From the NCBI RefSeq assembly GCF_900115825.1, contig NZ_FOXW01000002.1:51795-91794 (forward strand): a stretch of 40,000 bases of DNA, read 5' to 3'. The notes under the pieces were generated by a model, which did not search any database, was not told the DNA's origin, and was given only the letters and a program-made list of their open reading frames with translations. Positions 36,912 to 40,000 of the stretch are shown here, piece after piece. Position numbers and translations under genes: made by a program. The first letter of the stretch is position 1; every line of letters starts with the position of its first letter. Origin of the DNA: Desemzia incerta. Its GTDB lineage: Bacteria > Bacillota > Bacilli > Lactobacillales > Carnobacteriaceae.

Positions 36912-38429
36912 TTAACGCTCTTTATTGTATCTTTCTAAACTTTTGATCACGTGGAAAGTATCACCTTCGTAATCTACATACCCATTCCCGACACGTTGAT
37001 TCGTTTCTGCGCCTTTACCTACGACTGCTACAACTGTAGGTCCATCAACATGACTCATAGCTTTCTGAATAGCTTCAGCCCGATCTTCAACGATTTCATA
37101 ACAACCATTCTCAGCAATTACAGCTTCAGCGACCTGCTCACATATCTCAATAAGTGGTTCATTAGCAGGATCGTCTTCAGTAATATAAACTTTATCTGAA
37201 AACTTACCGGCTACTTCTCCCATCTCTTTTCGTCGGTTGTAAGCTTTACCTCCAGGACACCCAAATACTGAAATCAGTTTGTGGTGCGGATATTCTTGTT
37301 TCAATGAATCAAACAATACCTCAAAGCTCAATCGGTTGTGGGCATAATCTACTATCCCAACCAAATTTTTATCTTGGCTGGTGTACAACTCCATACGTCC
37401 TTTAGCTCGTGCCTTTAGCAATCCTGACTTAATGTATTCTATAGGAATTCCTAAGACATACATTGCCGCAATAGCTGCTAATGCGTTCTCCACATTAAAC
37501 AGTCCTGCGATTCCTAAAGAAACTTTTTCAGTGTATGTCGGCGTGCGAACATCAAATGTGATATGATTGTGCTCTTTTTGTACATTAAAGCCGTAAATAT
37601 CTGCTTTTTCATTTCGCTGACTGAACGTGATCACATTACTCGCTTGGCGAGAAGCTTTTTCGATTCGTTCAAAATAATCCGTATCTAAATTTAAACAAAC
37701 CGTCTCAGATTGTTTAAATAATAATAATTTTGAATTTAGATAGTCATCCATATCACTGTGTTCCACTGGACTTAAGTGGTCCTCAGAAATGTTTAAAAAT
37801 ATACCAATTTTAAACATTAACCCTTTAGTACGATCGTATTTTAGCGCTTGACTGGAGACTTCCATCTCAAAAAACTCGACTCCAGAATCTACAGCTGTTC
37901 TGAAATTTTGTTTCAAGACCATGGCTTCAGGAGTCGTCATGCGTGAAGGTGCTTTTGTGACTCCATCGTAATTTTCAACAGACGAAAAGTAACCAGATGT
38001 TCTTTTTTGGTTAGCTACTAAATAGTCATCTAAAATAGAACGCATAAAATTTGTAGTAGTTGTTTTTCCTTTTGTTCCTGTTACCCCTATCAGCGTCAAC
38101 TGCTCTTCAGGAAAGTCATAGAAAAGAGAACTTAACACCGCCATAGCTTCGCGTATCTCTTTTACTAATATAACTGGTACATCTATACCGTAGTCTACTT
38201 CACTGACATAAGCCACAGCTCCATAAGATACGGCTTGTTTTAAATATTCTATTTTAAACGTAGCACCCTTACAGATAAACAAAGAAGGTTCACTAACTTC
38301 TCGTGAATCATATGTCATTTGCAAAATAGCGCTGTTAGCAATAGCAGAATCTCGAACAACCGTTGTATTGACTAAAATATCCTGTTCAACTAATTGATCA
38401 ATATAGTCTTGTACTTTTAAAGTTCTCAT
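36912..38429 (-). CDS. murE: UDP-N-acetylmuramoyl-L-alanyl-D-glutamate--L-lysine ligase (MurE, Lys-type)
   Basis: 505 aa, GVTGTKGKTTT P-loop. It has EDDPANE where DAP-adding enzymes carry DNPR, which suggests L-Lys specificity. Confidence 0.93.
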   Translation of the reverse strand: MRTLKVQDYIDQLVEQDILVNTTVVRDSAIANSAILQMTYDSREVSEPSLFICKGATFKIEYLKQAVSYGAVAYVSEVDYGIDVPVILVKEIREAMAVLSSLFYDFPEEQLTLIGVTGTKGKTTTTNFMRSILDDYLVANQKRTSGYFSSVENYDGVTKAPSRMTTPEAMVLKQNFRTAVDSGVEFFEMEVSSQALKYDRTKGLMFKIGIFLNISEDHLSPVEHSDMDDYLNSKLLLFKQSETVCLNLDTDYFERIEKASRQASNVITFSQRNEKADIYGFNVQKEHNHITFDVRTPTYTEKVSLGIAGLFNVENALAAIAAMYVLGIPIEYIKSGLLKARAKGRMELYTSQDKNLVGIVDYAHNRLSFEVLFDSLKQEYPHHKLISVFGCPGGKAYNRRKEMGEVAGKFSDKVYITEDDPANEPLIEICEQVAEAVIAENGCYEIVEDRAEAIQKAMSHVDGPTVVAVVGKGAETNQRVGNGYVDYEGDTFHVIKSLERYNKER

Positions 38430-38754
38430 GTTTCCATATCTCCCTTTATTCAGCTAATGGCTGATTTTAGTACATCAATCGAATCTTTTTCATACCAAAA
38501 CCTCATCAGCATCTCCTACCTGTTTCAATGTTCCATTAAAATGATAGATATCTACTTCTTCTAATCTCCAGACATATTAAGTCTAACAAACTTCTCCTTA
38601 TTATAACAAAATATTTTATTATTTACTTGAAAATTAGTTAAGGATATTCTTTTCAGCCTTATCTTGCTTTTTAGCCTGTCAATATGTCGGAGCATGCTGA
38701 ACTGCCCTTTTAAACACCAAGCGGATGTCCGAAAGGGATTTTCCATTATTTTAG

Positions 38755-38803
38755 ACAAAATAAAACAACCGACACAGAAATACCACTATTTCTGCATCGG
38801 TTG
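38755..38803 (-). terminator. ykuJ intrinsic terminator
   Basis: 17-bp stem around a CCAC/GTGG loop. It is fully paired only as minus-strand RNA (two G-U pairs that would be C-A mismatches on the plus strand). UUUUAUUUU follows. Confidence 0.7.
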
Positions 38804-38808
38804 ATTGC

Positions 38809-39042
38809 TTAATCTTGAAGTAGTTCAAATATTTCTATGGCTACAATATCAATATCATCAAATTGATAAACTTGACCAGTGGCTATTTCTTCTAGTTCAT
38901 AAACTCCTGATTTACCATCATAATTGATCAGACAACGCTCAGCGCCTTCTTTTTCAAAGCGACGGACTTGTACTTCTCCATCTGATCCTTCTTGCATAGC
39001 TTCTAATCTGCGTATAATGGCAGTTAATTGTGAAGACTTCAT
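38809..39042 (-). CDS. ykuJ: YkuJ-like protein (DUF1797)
   Basis: ATG 39042 follows SD AAAGGGG. MKSSQLTAIIRRLEAM...DDIDIVAIEIFELLQ matches the YkuJ C-terminal signature. Confidence 0.85.
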   Translation of the reverse strand: MKSSQLTAIIRRLEAMQEGSDGEVQVRRFEKEGAERCLINYDGKSGVYELEEIATGQVYQFDDIDIVAIEIFELLQD

Positions 39043-39075
39043 GGTTCGTGCCCCTTTCAAACTTGACTCAGTACT

Positions 39076-39084
39076 ATTCTAACA
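39076..39084 (-). promoter_or_regulatory. Possible extended -10 element for ykuJ
   Basis: The minus strand reads TGTTAGAAT about 35 nt upstream of the ATG. No good -35 is present. Confidence 0.3.
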
Positions 39085-39338
39085 GATTTCAATGTAAATA
39101 ACACTATACTCACTTCTGTTTTACAAAAAAAAAATCCAGCACTTTGGAGTATTCCTATAAACAAAGCTTTTTTACTTTACTGACAAACCCTTCTTTTCTT
39201 TAATTATGATAAAAAAATGATATCTTTCAGTAAAAAAGTTGAAAATAACATGACAAAAAAATGAGAAAACTGTTTCTTATCTGCTGTACTTGTTGAATAC
39301 ATTCGATTCACAAGAGGACCCCGATCAGTTTTTTGCAC

Positions 39339-39377
39339 AAAAAAAACGCCCGCAGAAAAAAAATGACTGCTGACGCT
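39339..39377 (-). terminator. Terminator of the dehydrogenase gene
   Basis: Minus-strand hairpin GCGTCAGCAG/CTGCGGGCGT (9 of 10 positions paired, including wobbles), followed by U8. Confidence 0.55.
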
Positions 39378-39390
39378 TTTCTCAATATCT

Positions 39391-40000
39391 TTACATTTCC
39401 CACCATAGTTTGATTAATGCTTGTGTACCGTCATTCCCTTTACCTTTACCTTCCAATTCTTCATAGAGTTTTTCTGCTAAGGCTGTAGAAGGTAAATTCA
39501 GGTTCATTCTTTGCGCTTCTTCTAAAGCTATCTTTAAATCTTTAACAAAGTGTTTAACGAAGAATCCAGGAGAATAATCTTCTTTTAAAATACGTGGAGC
39601 ATAATTGGTCAATGACCAGTTTTGGGCGCTCCCGCCTCCAACAGTATCGACTACTTTTTCAATATCTAATCCAGCTGCCTTTGCGTACACTAACAATTCT
39701 GTCATGCCTGTCATCGTGCCCGCAACCATGATCTGGTTAGCCATTTTAGTATGTTGTCCGCTGCCAGCCGGTCCTTGAAGATTGACCTTGCTGGAAAATA
39801 AATTAAAGATGGGTTCCAGTCTTTCAAATACATCTTGGTCTCCGCCTACCATGATGGTCAGAGTTCCGTTTTTCGCACCTAAATCTCCTCCTGAGACCGG
39901 TGCATCTAAAATACCTATACCTTTTTCTTGACCGGTTTCATAGAGCTTTTTCGCTAATGTCGGTGTACTAGTTGTCATATCGACCAACACTTGCCCGGAC
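39391..40000 (-). CDS. NAD(P)-dependent beta-hydroxyacid dehydrogenase (3-hydroxyisobutyrate dehydrogenase family), C-terminal part; N-terminus lies beyond the window
   Basis: The reading frame stays open to the window edge (...SGQVLVDMTTSTP...DAPVSGG..GA..GTL.IMVGG...HTKMANQI...). This is the typical HIBADH/YkwC-type sequence. Confidence 0.85.
   Translation of the reverse strand, partial: SGQVLVDMTTSTPTLAKKLYETGQEKGIGILDAPVSGGDLGAKNGTLTIMVGGDQDVFERLEPIFNLFSSKVNLQGPAGSGQHTKMANQIMVAGTMTGMTELLVYAKAAGLDIEKVVDTVGGGSAQNWSLTNYAPRILKEDYSPGFFVKHFVKDLKIALEEAQRMNLNLPSTALAEKLYEELEGKGKGNDGTQALIKLWWEM

Noticed and set aside
38561-38758. A 65-aa minus-strand ORF between ykuJ and murE
   Set aside because: It has no SD and an odd composition, and it sits between the ykuJ terminator and the murE start, where the murE promoter and 5'UTR must lie. 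I could not support any structured RNA there either.
39121-39345. The A/T-rich ~330-bp spacer between the dehydrogenase gene and ykuJ, considered as an ncRNA locus
   Set aside because: Only a 4-bp hairpin before a T10 run, and no convincing promoter-terminator pair. The terminator of the upstream gene and the ykuJ promoter probably account for the region.
1-40000. Search for CRISPR arrays, IS elements or transposases, tRNA or rRNA genes, and tandem repeats
   Set aside because: Reading both strands by eye showed none. The only long exact repeat is the 70-bp pair at 2243/5860. A computational repeat and tRNA scan would be needed to exclude small elements.

Overview
This window is a chromosomal segment from a low-GC Firmicute, with Lactobacillales-type (Enterococcus/Carnobacterium-like) gene content and order. 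About 36 kb is conserved housekeeping. In order it holds ezrA (partial), a GAF protein and rpsD; yueI-like and GNAT genes; mtnN and nudF; a split xpaC-like gene with a telA-like gene; a glsB-like gene; csp; and T-box-regulated ileS. The full division/cell-wall block follows: divIVA-ylmH-yggT-sepF-yggS-ftsZ-ftsA-divIB-murG-murD-mraY-pbp2B-ftsL-rsmH-mraZ. Then come a DUF3397 gene, rpmF-yceD, tmcAL, the yqeM-rsfS-yqeK-nadD-yhbY-yqeH-yqeG operon, murE, ykuJ and a partial beta-hydroxyacid dehydrogenase. I found no rRNA, tRNA, CRISPR array, transposase or integrase. The one clearly accessory stretch is a very AT-rich insertion of about 3.5 kb (2313-5859). It sits exactly at the 3' end of rpsD and is bracketed by a perfect 70-bp direct repeat that duplicates the last rpsD codon, the stop codon and the terminator. 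It carries a lipoprotein gene, a decayed fragment, and a convergent, 3'-overlapping pair of orphan genes: a 227-aa soluble protein and a roughly 260-aa protein with two N-terminal TM helices. The membrane-protein gene sits behind an extended -10 promoter overlapped by a perfect LexA (Cheo) box. This SOS-wired, mutually antisense gene pair is my top candidate for an undescribed system, but its function cannot be read from the sequence alone. All product calls rest on my own recognition of the translated ORFs. No database search was run.
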